From contig NIVC01003309.1 of assembly GCA_002269645.1 (NCBI GenBank), positions 1 through 36,243 on the forward strand: DNA of 36,243 nt, in the 5' to 3' direction. Of the stretch, positions 20,452 through 32,622 are shown piece by piece. The DNA is from Macrostomum lignano. Taxonomy: Eukaryota. Below the pieces are notes generated by a model. It was not told the origin of the DNA and searched no databases. It was given only the letters and a program-made list of their open reading frames with translations. Within the stretch, counting starts at the first letter, position 1. Each line of letters starts with the position of its first letter. Both the position numbers and the translations under genes were made by a program.

Positions 20452-22005
20452 TCACTTCACTCGAAGAGTGTAGCATTGCGGACCACGGGCGCCACCCGAA
20501 CTAAAGAACACTTTCCGATGCTTGCTACTCTCTGCCAGCACAAGCCGCAAGTTCTTCATTGAGGTCTCCCAGTCAGCAGCTTGGAGATGTTGGACAAGCG
20601 GAGCCTCGCCAAAAATTGGAATCCGCAATCCCCACGTGAATTCGCCAAACGATGCCAAAGAAAGTATTGCGGAATCGTTTTCCCTCAAATTAGACGTGTC
20701 ACAGCCATATGCACAGTGCCGGTCTTCGGGCTGTTCCTCGATCAGCATCTCCGTAATGATGCACACCTTATAAAGCTTGGAGTCATGATAGACCGTCAGC
20801 ATAAAATCGTGAACATTAATTAGCGATGACTGGGTCAAATTATCCAGGAAATCAAGCTGCAGCTGACTTTGCTCTTCTCCAGAGTCCTTGGAAATGGCGA
20901 ACACCGATGCGGATTTTACCGCCACAAACAGCTTGTCCGAGTTCCCAGTTAAACAGCAAATTTTAGGGTAGTTCACTGTCCAAAGCGCGACTCCGCATAG
21001 GTCTGTAGCAGTTACTAAATTTCTCTGAGCTACAAATAGCAGTTGTCGACGACTATCCCATTGAATATCGACGATTGAAGAACTGTTATCGAGTGATAGT
21101 GAGGATTGGCCAAAAAGCTCATTATCGGCTGAGATCAATACTGCGTCAAACAATGCGCGATGTTTGCTTTCATCCAAAGCCACGGCAACTTTAGTGGTAT
21201 TGATGTCAACGAAAATGACCGTCGGTTCAGGCAGCTCACGGACCCCATCGATTGCCTGACCTCTGACAATTCTGCCAGACTTGTCAAGTGCATAGCCGTT
21301 GGTATTATCGCACACCGCCACGCAAGCTGCATTGCTGCGAGCTTTAAAACAGCTGTCGACTGTCAGCTCTGGTAGCGGCAGATTGTCACTTGACTCAGTT
21401 GAGTTCGCTGCGCTTAAGACGTCGAGGTTATCCAGAATCTGCAGCGTGATTTCTTGCTGAATTTCGATGGCATTTGCAATGCTTTTTATCCGAGCGTTCA
21501 CGTCCGGGTAGGCAACCATCCGTACCTGTTCCGCTGATTCGTCCCAGTGAATCAGCTTTGAGTCCACTTCGATAGTTTCCAAGCATCTTTCGATATCGTT
21601 GCTGATCAGAAAGGCTTGCCTCATGTCCTTCGATTTCTTGGCCTTGGAAAGGTCATTTTTTAATTCTTCCATCTCGGAGAAAGCAGTCATCGAATAAAAA
21701 ATGTTCTCATGATGCTTAGTAATCTTATCAGTAAGCTCCTTTTGACACTTGTCTAGCGCCTCGCGGAGGTCTTCAAAATTATCTTGAAGAAGTTCCAAGT
21801 CAAAAGAGAGCCTCTGCTGCAACTTTTGCACTGCTGGCTTAAATCGATTTAATTCTTCGATTTTTTGCCTTACGGAAGCTTCATATTTTTCATATCGTTG
21901 AATATCCACCTGAAGGTGTTGACTGCATAGAGGCTGGCATGTGCTGGGAGACGGTCCCTCCGCTAGTTGTTGGCAAAACCGAACGGAACAGTTTGTCGCT
22001 TCCAT
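20452..22005 (-). CDS. Intronless 517-aa RING-less TRIM-like protein (B-box-like Cys/His cluster, coiled coil, putative beta-propeller)
   Basis: Uninterrupted ORF. N-terminal C-x4-C-x11-C-x3-C-x2-H motif, then ~110 aa of heptad-like L/E/K/Q-rich helix, then a C-terminal region of short hydrophobic strands (IVDIQWDSRRQLLFVAQ, KLFVAV). Domain names are inferred from motif pattern, not from a search. Confidence 0.85.
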   Translation of the reverse strand: MEATNCSVRFCQQLAEGPSPSTCQPLCSQHLQVDIQRYEKYEASVRQKIEELNRFKPAVQKLQQRLSFDLELLQDNFEDLREALDKCQKELTDKITKHHENIFYSMTAFSEMEELKNDLSKAKKSKDMRQAFLISNDIERCLETIEVDSKLIHWDESAEQVRMVAYPDVNARIKSIANAIEIQQEITLQILDNLDVLSAANSTESSDNLPLPELTVDSCFKARSNAACVAVCDNTNGYALDKSGRIVRGQAIDGVRELPEPTVIFVDINTTKVAVALDESKHRALFDAVLISADNELFGQSSLSLDNSSSIVDIQWDSRRQLLFVAQRNLVTATDLCGVALWTVNYPKICCLTGNSDKLFVAVKSASVFAISKDSGEEQSQLQLDFLDNLTQSSLINVHDFMLTVYHDSKLYKVCIITEMLIEEQPEDRHCAYGCDTSNLRENDSAILSLASFGEFTWGLRIPIFGEAPLVQHLQAADWETSMKNLRLVLAESSKHRKVFFSSGGARGPQCYTLRVK

Positions 22006-22929
22006 TGAATATCGAATTGAATAGACAATTAAAGAAAGAGAACTACGAAATAAAAAATAATTTGTTTGTAGAATAGCTTTTATCGCTTATAAGGGTGGAG
22101 CGTTGCTCACTGAAAGCTCTAGTAGGTACCGTACATTTCTATTGCACCCATCGTACCCTACCACCCAAAGGCTGGCTTTAAATGTGCAATAAAAATGAAT
22201 GGCATAGCTTATACTAACGCACTGTTTCTCTTGGCAGTTTTTTCTAGCAATGCCTTAGTCATATTTCTAGTCGTATCTCTTCTCTAAGAAATCTCTACTT
22301 TCTAAGTGAGTAAACAAACTGAAAAATTTCTGAAAATTACAACATTCTAGGTTTTTGGAGCATATCAAGAAACTTGCGTGTATTTTAGAATATATTTAAG
22401 TCAAATTATTTTAGTAGTTCGAGATAGAGATATACCTTCAGTTGAAATAAATAAGCAGAAACACCTTGTTATAATTCTCATGACGATTTTATGCAGCTTA
22501 GTGAACTGAATAAATCAATCATTTTGATGATTGTTTGTATACAGATAAGCAATAAAATATATATCTTTTCAATTAAAAACGTTTCAAATAAAGCTGAAAA
22601 TGAGGTATTTATATCCGAAAAAACTACTGACTAGTAGTGTATTTTTGAAGTCACAACGAAAATGCATCCTCTATAATAATAATTAAGTTCACCCTGTCTA
22701 ATGGGCAGATGTGCAACCGACAGCTCAGCCGCAGCTATTGCGCGGCGCATCTGAAGGCTGCGTACGGCTGTTCAGTCCAAGGACTGGGGGTCGCCACACA
22801 CACCCTCGCACACCCTTGTCACACGGTGAAGGCACTTTTCCATCCGAAACCCAGCCAGAAACATATGAGGGTCAACCGGCGATACGGGGCTCGAGTACAT
22901 GCCGGGAAGAGTTGGACAAGTTGTTGACA

Positions 22930-23084
22930 ATCGTGACTGCATGCTGCTGAAGTATATAGAGTAGCTTCAGGTTGCTGTTGCTGTACTGAATATCTCTGAT
23001 AGGCAAATCCGATTCTAGCTGCACTTTAGTGGAAATTGCTGATCTGCCTCCTTGGCCGCTTTTAAAGCTTTCAGATCCCCACAA
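22930..23084 (-). pseudogene. Decayed fragment of a third TRIM-like paralog (propeller segment)
   Basis: LESDLPIRDIQYSNSNLKLLYILQQHAVT resembles WEADQPIRDLHYDNRRQLLYIAQPGAIT and LDNSSSIVDIQWDSRRQLLFVAQRNLVT of the two paralogs. Flanking frames are interrupted. Confidence 0.5.
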
Positions 23085-26000
23085 AATTGGATGGTCTCAA
23101 AGAATCTATAACTTGGCTGTTGCGCTTGGCGAGTGTAGCTGTGAGTTCACCATGACACCACACCAACTTCCGTCGGAGCTCGGAAGGCGTTAACTTAATC
23201 AGGTGCAAGTAGGGCTCAAGCATGCTCCGGTAATTTTCAAAACTAGGAATATTGTCTCGACTCTTCCAAGTTTGTCGAATCCGTGTAATTAAATGTGGCC
23301 GAATAATTTTCTTATGATGCTTTTTAGTTTTGGTGCTTTGACGTCAGAATATACAAGTCTAATACTCGTATTTTAAAGCCAGCTAGCTGATCGGCTTGCA
23401 AGCTGCAGTTGGCTTTTTTTAGAGATTTTGGTCAGACCTCGAGTTTTAAATCGTCTCTCAGACTCGAAAACCGAAATAAATCACTGAAAATTATAGTTGT
23501 CAGCTATCGTGTTAGCTTGCGTTTTTTTAATTTTTTGTTTGAATTACTCAAGAGCTATTAGCTCCACAGCCGGACCCTGTGACGCAATTATGATTATCTA
23601 TGCATTATTAAATTCAGTTATTCAAAAACATTATCTTTAGCATATTTTTCTACGGGACTAAACGATATACCAGATAATATAGTACTAGTTCAAAACTAAT
23701 AACTTTTGATTCCCTTTTTTGCTCTACTTCTCTCGTCAAAGCTTCAATAACCTGCACTTGTATTAGCATCCTCAGCTAAACAAAATCTACCCAGTTTTCC
23801 GGCTTCGATCCTCCCTCTCTCTGCTCCGTTCTCAGAGCCGAACTCAATTCCCAACGCCTACGCGAACTCCCCGTTTTAGTCCAGGACCTGTCTAATTCCT
23901 ACTTCTCCCTTAACGAACCCAAGAGAGCAACAGATTGAGAGCCGTTGCCGAACGAAGTCGCTCCTCTCTCTGGGTGTCTGAGAGCCGTCGTCAAGACCTC
24001 GCGCGGCCTCCACAGCCGAGCAAATCAATAAGCCGTTGTCACCCCACAGCTCGTTGCAGCCGATCAATCACAGGCGGCAACAGGCTGCACTAAAAGAAGA
24101 AGAAAAAACACACTTCTTTCTCTCTTTGCTGTTCTTCGCGAAGTTTCTTGCACCTCGTATCGCGATACGCGAGTCCATCCGCGTGATAAAATTCTCGCGT
24201 GTTCGTTGCCGCAGTTCCTCAGTTCAATACGAAACCTGATTGATTCTTTGAGAAAGGAGGTGAACCATCTCATCAGTCACAGGTTTAGGTGTGTTAGCAG
24301 AATATTTATATGGTTTTGTGATATTTTAGAATCCCCGGGGCATCGCTCCAGAAATTTTGTTACATTCATGCCCTTTTCTCTTTGCTAGATCCTGCAGAGC
24401 TCCTCAGATTCTCAGAACCCGGACGTACGCATCATAATTCAAACAGTGAAGAGTTTGGATCTTCTAACATTTCGTTTGCTGTGGCAGTCGGTAAACATTC
24501 ATTGGTTTGCCTGATTGTAACCGGAACAGGCTTTCTCGGTCGTAACAACGCTTTAGCCTGAAACTTAACAGCTAAGAGCTTCTCTTTGCCTTACTTTCAA
24601 TGCAAATTTTAACGTAGCATTGATCCCAACGCCAAGTCCTCCGAAGCCCTCAGGGAAGAGTAGCCTGTGTTTCCCTTCTCCGTCCTTCCCATGTGAGCTG
24701 TCTCCTATTCCCCATTGAATTTATTCAACTGATCTCATTCGACTCACTGCACCGCCTTCAGCTCTTCCACTTCTCCCGTCTCCCTTAAATTTCTTGATCT
24801 GCCAAAAAAGGTCAGTCAACGGAACCTGGAGATCTCTTACTGCTCAGTTTAGTTCGAAGAGAACACCCTCGAGCAGCTTGGCTCTGTGAATTGATGAGCT
24901 GCGCATTACCCTACACAGGACCGGGAATGCAGTGCTCCAGCCCCAGAGACAGGCAAACTCATCGCCTTCTGATGCTTGCACTCCTCAGAGCACAAGAGGC
25001 CTCCCTGAACAGACCCAAACAGTTTCGCGCTGAATGAAGTGGCGAATGGCATTTTCTCCAATGCCAGTTTGAAGTGCTCGAGCGGCCTGGCCCGCGACTT
25101 TTGCAGACCTTCCCCCCGCTATCTGAGCAGCCCTAAACTCGGGAGCCCTCCCCCATTTTTATCTGTCAGTTCGAGTTCGAGTCATCAATCAGAGAGTGAC
25201 GAAGTGGCGCGGGTCTGTGGGGGGCTGGCAGTCTTCGTTGGCTCCTGCACTATAGCCACTATACTCTCATATCTCATAGACGGATCTCAATTTAGTGAGG
25301 TGCGCTGTCTGCAGCTCTGACCCCTCTGCCCCACTCCTGCAGTGCCTATCTTGCCCATCTCCTCAAATATTTGGCAGAAAGGGTTAAGACAATTTGGACT
25401 TAGATGCCCAGATACTTCTTTTTTCGTGGACTTTTGCAGTATAGAATTTTCCGTTTGACTTACATTTTTATAAAATCCATTCAACTTGGGAAAATGATTA
25501 TCGTATGGCATATTTTATCAGAATCTGCTTTTCGATACTTTTTGCCCAATTCTTTTGATGTCATTCATTCGGCGAAACAGCATTGCCCAGCCCATTTTTG
25601 ATCAGAGAAGGGGAGCTTGATGTCTCAATCAGAGGCCACTGGCGGTCAGGCCAAGCTAATCCTCTTGATAATCCTTAGCCATGACAGCGCGGGGAGTCGC
25701 TAATCCAGTCCAATTCCCTGCTGCACTTCCCTTTGCCTCTGCCCCCTAACTCTAATTCTCTTTTCGTCAACTGTGATTTCATTTTTCCTTCTGGCAGAAT
25801 TCTTGCGTGATTATTTGGTAGGAAGGCTGCTGCTAGCGTTGGGTTGAAGTGGCCCTCAGTTTTTGGACAGAGAAATCGTCCTAACGCGTGTGTCAGTCCT
25901 CTAGACTGCTGTAAAACAAAATGCACGTGCGACTTTGACACTCGCTGCCAGAGACAGACCCGATTGCCGGCTGGCTGCTTTTAAATTCGCAAAGTCACGC

Positions 26001-26225
26001 CAGGTTAAAAACAGAACCGGCGAGAGTTTCTATATATCGATAGGCGTGGATATTCTGAGAGAGTGACGGAAGTGCGCGCATGCCGACCTGCCATGTTCAG
26101 AGGCCTGACGGAATGATTTTTGCTCTTACGATTGCTCAGTGTACTAGACTTTTAGAGACAAGTGATGAGCTAGAGTGAGACAAAATAGATTAAGACAGAC
26201 AGGACTGGTGGAGACACGATGGAAG

Positions 26226-26600
26226 TTTAGAGACAGCTCAGGTTAGAGACAGGGTGGATTAGAGACAGAGTGGGTTAGAGACAGAGTGGGTTAGAGACAG
26301 AGCAGGTTAGAGACAGAGTGGGTTAGAGACAGAGTGGGTTAGAGACAGAGCAGGTTAGAGACAGAGTGGGTTAGAGACAGAGTGGGTTAGAGACAGAGTG
26401 GGTTAGAGACAGGGCAGGTTAGAGACAGGGTGGGTTAGAGACAGGTCAGATTAGATAGTGGGTTAGAGACAGGTCAGATTAGAGAGTGGATTAGAGACAT
26501 AGTGGGTTAGAGACAGGTCAGATTAGAGAGTGGATTAGAGACATAGTGGGTTAGAGACAGGTCAGATTAGAGAGTGGGTTAGAGACAGGGTGGGTTGAGG
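26226..26600. repeat. 16-bp minisatellite AGAGACAGAGTGGGTT (~20 copies with variants), fading into a purine-rich tract to ~26780
   Basis: 16-bp periodicity from ~26261, with AGAGACAGAGCAGGTT and AGAGACAGGTCAGATT variants. Confidence 0.9.
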
Positions 26601-27513
26601 CTAAAGACACGATAAGTAGAGACAGGACAGGTAAAGACAGGAAGAAACAGGACAGATAGAGGGTAAAGACACGACAAGTAGAGACAAGGACGGGTAAAGA
26701 CAAGAATGTTAGAGACATGGATGTTAAAGACAGGACAGGTAGAGAGCGAGTAAAGACACGACAAGTAAAGACAGTATAGCAGGGCTAAATGTGGAAATAC
26801 GAAAATTGCAAAAAGAACAAGATGGCCACTGGATCATGATAGGAAGCGATGTAGAGATTTAATCCTTATCTATATATACGAGTACTGGACTTAATGCTAA
26901 GATGTATATGACGCGTCAAAGAATAAAATAGTTAGTTTCCCTAGCTTCCTGTCTCTGTGAAATCTCATCACTGAGGGGAGGTTACAGAGACTCCGGAAGC
27001 CTTTGCCTATCTGAGTCGCCTGTGTAGGAAATGACTTGCCAGCTTGGCGGATATTGCAATCCGAGGAGGAAAGGTGGGCAAGTAATGAAATTGTATTAAA
27101 GGTCAGCGGACTAACTGCAGTCAACATCCTTGATACAACAGGTGTTGTTAATGCTCAGATATAAAACAAGGTGTGAGGCTTTGATAAATAATTCCTGTCC
27201 TGTCGTCCTTTAAGGCGTATTTCTCACTGCTTAGGAAGCCTACCTAGTCTAGAATACTGACAGTTATGGGTCATCCAAATCCGAGTTAGCGCTTTGAATC
27301 CCTGATTAAACTCCAGGTTTTCACCATTTTCTCGCCTTTCTCAGACCAGAGACCACTTCCTGAATCTACTGTCGCCCGCAACGTTCCCCCTCTCTTGCTG
27401 ACTTTCTCGTTGGTCCCCTTTCCACCCTCCGCCCCGCCATTCCGGGCGGCCCGGCCTATTCGCCTCGGAACGGAAGTCAATCATGACCGCGGTAATTTAC
27501 TGACTAGCAGGCT

Positions 27514-27619
27514 GGGCTTGGCGAGGGGCGGGTTGGGCTGGAGGAGCACGGGGCGAGGCTGGTCCCGGAGCGGCGGCAACCCCCCGTAATCTCCTTATCT
27601 CTCGGGGGACTTTCCGCCC
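27514..27619. promoter_or_regulatory. GC-rich cluster: G-quadruplex-like motif, GC boxes and a consensus kappaB-like decamer
   Basis: GGGcttggcgaGGGGcGGGttGGG (27514-27537), GGGGCGGG (27525-27532), GGGACTTTCC (27606-27615), CCGCCC (27614-27619). Motif matches only; no linked gene identified. Confidence 0.2.
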
Positions 27620-29553
27620 AGGCTGGGAGAGAGTCCGGCGGGACCGGTAGCCATGAGAGCTAGGGTGTGTGGGATTGGGGGGGGACCAAGTCTGAAAACC
27701 TCAGCAGCGCGAAGGGCTTCTGTCGCCCTGGCGCGCGTTTCCTTCTGTTGGGCCTGACCTCCCCCCATTGCTTATTGCAACCTTCGGGGAAAGAGGAAGA
27801 GAGAAAGGACGCATATGAGGACAGATCGAGTCAGTCGTGGGTGAGAGGGTTTGGTGAAGCGGAGATTCTTCTACTTTCTCCTTCCCCCCTTCTATGCTCG
27901 ATCTTAAATCTCACGCATGCTTTGCTTATGCATGTTATTTGCCCGTCCTTTCAGAAGCAGCCGCTGCTGCCGTCACCGCCGCTACCTCCCTTGTGTTTTT
28001 TCTTCTTTTTCTTTTCTCCCCATCTCCAGGCGGAGCTGTTGAAGGCAGCTGAGCTCACTCAGACATCCACTCCAATGCGACCGCGGCAGTTGGTGAAGTG
28101 TAGGTATTTAAGCCGGAGCGAGGACATTCATTCAGCCATGAAAGAAAGAGGGAGAGGGCGAGGGAGGGAGAGAAGAGACGTCACTCATAACGCTAGAGTG
28201 GACAACGCAGCACGCTACGACATCCTTGTCTCGAGGTTCGCTTCACTTAATCTCTCCATCTCTCCCTCTCCTTTATCCCTATCTACCTATTCCTCGTTCC
28301 AGTCGCTAATAGAGCGAATAAAAGAGAATAAACTGAACCAACTTGGGTTGGGCCAGAGCTACCGGCCTAAATTATTGTAAAAGACGTATCAGTCCGCCTA
28401 AAGTATATTCAAGGGCTTGTGGAAGCTAATGCTGATTAATAGTGCAAGGCGATGATCAGTTGTCACACTCAGCAACATGTTAAAGTTTCCACCTCGAAAT
28501 CAATGGTCCTGTGTGAGTGTGCGCCCGCGTAGAATTGGTTGTGGGACGATTTCAATGAAGTCGTTACTCCAGGGTGCCACAGCTCTTCTTCAAATTGAAT
28601 ATTATTACTGTTATGCATTACATTTTCACTGCTTATTATACTATCATATAGGGTTAACGCCTGAGAGCCATTAACGATAAGTTGATTTGATTAATAAAAC
28701 CGCAAATTCTTGAAATTCTACAAAATTCTGTGAAGAAATGAAAAACAACTGAAACAAATTAGAAAATACGCCGTAATTTATAGAAATAGAAAATACTCTT
28801 CTTTCGATGAATGCTTTTTACTTTGAAACTGTCGATGAAGTTCCGATTAAGTTTGTAACATTAATTACAATTGACTTAAACGTTAATTCTGTATAGTAAA
28901 TGCGAGCTGACACAACGGGATGGGAAGGCTGCAGGTTTTAACAGCGGGGGGGGGCTTGGCGGTAGACTCGGTCGGTGCTCTGTGCAGATTTTGATGCAAT
29001 GATGACAGTTTGACATATGCTTGGGGCATAGAAAGTGTGACATATAGTAATTGATTTTTTGCTTGAAAAGAGCCATAAAGGACGAGGAGAAAAACAGGAA
29101 AAGATGAACTGACAGAGACACAAACTGACTAGCAATTGACATGCGGAACACTACATGTTAAGCTTCATAATTTGCAGAATTACTTCCACAAGCCGCAAGT
29201 TTTATCAAATTCTAGAATGGTAAAATCACAGAAATTCAATCGAATGTAACGCTGACGACTGAAAGCTTACAAATAGGAGAAGCGAACAAACACTGTATGA
29301 GGAGCAAGGCACTTGACAACGATAAATAGCGATGAGTGCTGAACGCGCCTGATCCTCTCAGACCTCCGAAGAAGAAGTGCTCTAGTTGATTGAATGAGAA
29401 ACAGAAATTGGACGGCGTCGATGATCTCGATGCTCTCCGGGCTGAAACAATCCAGATTTTGTGCACCGGTGAAGTGCCACTATTGCAGATGGGAAAACAC
29501 GTGCATCGGAACATTTTTTCAGAGTAGCTATCGAGTGTAAGCCAGTCTGTGTA

Positions 29554-30402
29554 TTACATGACACAGCACTGGTTCCGTCGCAGCGCCTCCTGCACTCGGG
29601 CCGAGGTAGGCTTATGTCCAAAGTCCTTGTGATCGATTGCCTTCAGTAGTTCGCGGAATGCGCTGCCTACGTGCCAGTTGTACTTGGCAGAGCACTCTAC
29701 AAACATGCACTTCCACTGCTTGCGCACTATGTTGCTTGTCTCTCGGCGCGCCTCCTTGCCCTTGTCTTTCGACGCGTCCTTGTTGCTGTTCTCTTTCTCT
29801 GATTTGCCGTTGCTAACCAGGTCGGCTTTGTTCGCTGCCACCAGTATTGGCGCGTCGATGCCCTGCTCCTGGATGCTCTCGCGAATACGCCGGATGTAGG
29901 CAAACGAAGATTCGTCGCTGATGTCGTAGACCAGGACGTAGCCGGATGCTGAACGCAAGCCGAAGCCGCGAAAGTCGGAGAATTCTTGCAGCGAGTCGGT
30001 TGGAAAGTAGCGCAGGGTGGGACAGTCGACAATGCGAGCGTCGTAGCAGTGCTCATTGACAGTGATCGACGGGTGGTAGATTGTTGGCTTGCGAGTTGGG
30101 GTGTAGACCTCCGGGCAACTGCATTGGACGAACTGTTGCACCAGGCAGGTCTTACCAACTTTGCTTGCTCCAAGGACAACAATGCGGATGTCCTGCACCT
30201 CTGGTCCGGTCTTTTCCGCCGCGTTATGATTTGAAAAGGCGCCAGCGATTGTGCGGTCCTTGGTCTTTGAGTCTTTTGTCTGAACTGAGTGACCGTTGGA
30301 ACTGCCGCCCCCGCTGCCGCCGATGCCGCCGCTGCCGGCCAGCCCACCGGCGCTGCCGCCACCGCCAATACCGCCGCTTCCACCGCCTCCGTTTCGGAAC
30401 AT
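29554..30402 (-). CDS. RASL10: Ras-like protein family member 10 (RASL10A/B-like) small GTPase, single coding exon, Gly-rich N-terminal extension
   Basis: P-loop GASKVGKT, G2 YTPT, atypical G3 IVDCP, G4 NKAD, G5 ECSAKYNWHV, C-terminal ALRRNQCCVM (CAAX). ECSAKYNWH and LRRNxC match the RASL10 family as I recall it. Confidence 0.88.
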   Translation of the reverse strand: MFRNGGGGSGGIGGGGSAGGLAGSGGIGGSGGGSSNGHSVQTKDSKTKDRTIAGAFSNHNAAEKTGPEVQDIRIVVLGASKVGKTCLVQQFVQCSCPEVYTPTRKPTIYHPSITVNEHCYDARIVDCPTLRYFPTDSLQEFSDFRGFGLRSASGYVLVYDISDESSFAYIRRIRESIQEQGIDAPILVAANKADLVSNGKSEKENSNKDASKDKGKEARRETSNIVRKQWKCMFVECSAKYNWHVGSAFRELLKAIDHKDFGHKPTSARVQEALRRNQCCVM

Positions 30403-31939
30403 GTTTTGGTTGAAATTACTCTTTTATTCTGTTGCTTTTAGAAGAAGCTGCTTAAGACTTTTTGGCGATGGTTGCAGAGCTCTCAACCTGTTTGAAGTAA
30501 AGTCGTTGAAAAGTTCAGCAGCGAACTGACACGCGCGAAATTGGGCTTAAAAACTCCTGATGCAGTGACAGGAATAAAAGATTCTGACGACTTCTGTGAG
30601 AACAGAGAGGGAAAAATCTGCCAACGCTTTGTGGAGCTGGAGGCTCAGGCAATGAAAAAGCCTGATATGAGGAGTGCAGTGTCAAGGAGGCGGAGAGGCG
30701 ACGAGAGAAAGAAGAGCAGTAGCGCTTTGATGCCTTCTCTACCCTAGCTAAAGTCTCATTGGGCGAACTGGCAGACAGAAGAGGGGGTTATTAGTAGACT
30801 CAAGGGCAGGGGAGCAGACAACACAGGGAATCAACAGGACTCGGTTGACGGGATATACAAGTGGTTATTTTATGCATGCAAAAATCAATGCGCTCATATG
30901 AATAAGTGGTTATTTTCGTCGATTTTCGCAAATTGTGGCAAGTGAGACTTGGTCACAACGCGCTGTCTCGGGGTTTGTCGCCCCAGCCCTGTCTTCAGGC
31001 GTTTTGTGTCCAAACTCCCCTTTGCGTACGTCACTGATCGGAATTGACTAATTTGAATTGCATCTTCGCTTTTCTAGTTGGTTTTTTAATAACTTATAAA
31101 GAGTGAACAGATTTGTTCATATCGACCAGAACAATAGTGCAATTCCTAATCCAGGATATTTGAGTTTTTCTAGAGAGGAAGCAAAGTGAGCTCCAGAGCC
31201 CCGAGATGGCAGGTGGTAGAAGAGAACGATCTAGGGAAAAGGGGAAAGGGAAGTGGAGGGACAATTGAGGAATAGACAGTAGGGGTGCAGAGGGCAGGAC
31301 GGGCAGGCAGACTGAGAGCATGGATGAGCCGCTTTGGCGAAGCCCCCCGGTTGTCAGTCCCAGTCTGGGGATTGGCAGGTGCCTCCCAACTCGGAAGCGC
31401 AGAAGAGAAGAAAGCGGGAAGGGAGAGCCAAAGTAAAGAGAAAAGCAGAGGAAATTAGTCTTTGGACACGAACCTCGTGCTCAAGTACACGGGACTAAAA
31501 AGCCCCTCAAATGCTAAAGGAATTGAAGACATCCCATTTTGCTGTCTTCAATTGATCAAAGCCGAACAGACGAACTCATTTCTGCCCAAGCTTCAGTTCG
31601 CGAATATTAAAAGCAACAAAAGAGCAATCCTTTAAATGAAATCGGGCTATTGAAAGCAGTCAAATCAATCAAAGCGTTCGCCTTGTCTAGCTCAATCAAT
31701 TGATTGGATTAAATTGCTCAGCTTCAGAACGTCATAACCATCACAACCTAAACAGCCTAATTTATCAGGAATTAACTCGAAGCCAAGATCCATTAACGCC
31801 CACGCGTTTAAGTGCAGACAGATAAGCTGCTCTGACAGGATTAGTGGCTTATAATTATTGCAAATGCTCATCACCCGGCTGTGGGGAACTGGCTGCAATT
31901 CGTCAGGGTTTCCATTTTTAGACAAGTCTGTTTGTTTGC

Positions 31940-32289
31940 GGCCGATTTCATAAAAAAACTACAAGTGACAAGTGACAAGTCGACAAATGACAAGTGACAA
32001 GTGTCAAGCGTCAACGATTTTGGTTTCATAAACATCACGCGTTACTAGTGTTAAAAAAATAACTCACTTGTGTGTCAATGGTTGAACCACCTTATAAAAT
32101 CGATCGAGCCTTTTGACCACAGACCAATATCTTTAGAGTTATGTCAAATTTGTCAAATTTCGCTTGTCACTTGTCACTTGTAACTTGTCGATTTGTCAAG
32201 TTGTAGTTGTTTTTTATGAAACGCATTATTTTTTGGAATTGTCACTTGTCACTTGTAATTTGTCCAACAAGTGCTTTATGAAATAGGCC
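31940..32289. mobile_element. Foldback / MITE-like element with 7-bp TGACAAG subrepeats (possibly PIF/Harbinger-derived)
   Basis: Arm 31946-32010 (TTTCATAAAAAAACTACAAGTGACAAG…TGTCAAGCG) is inverted at 32161-32222, with an extra inverted arm at 32237-32289. Outer termini GGCCGATTTCATAAA / TTTATGAAATAGGCC. No clear TSD. Confidence 0.55.
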
Positions 32290-32618
32290 CCTGCCAGTTC
32301 AAGTCTGACTTTTGTGCAATTTTTTTTTATATCTTAACTTCAACTGAAGTTTTGTATCGTCCCACTGCAATGTGGGTGAGTTATGCATGCAGACCGCAAA
32401 TTACAGGAACGAACGCCGGCTCGAGTTCAGATGAAAATTGGGCTGTCTGCATTGGGGAGCAAACAGTGAGAGCTGCGCTGAGTGCAGGAGGAAACTCAGC
32501 CGAGGAAAAATATATACACATTCCCGCGAGTAGGTCGCAGCTCAGCAGCTGAAGACCCACGAGGGAGATGCAGCTGGGACGGAAAGACGATTAGAAATCT
32601 TGAAATTAACTTTGCCGT

Positions 32619-32622
<4 letters not shown>

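Noticed and set aside
23800-25330. Moderately GC-rich stretch with several 60-90-aa ORFs
   Set aside because: No recognisable protein motif, consistent frame or convincing splice chain, so it was left unannotated.
29678-30529. Overlapping alternative-frame and antisense ORFs at RASL10 (218 aa, 110 aa, 77 aa) and at the ankyrin and TRIM-like genes
   Set aside because: Shadow ORFs of GC-rich coding sequence with no recognisable motifs.
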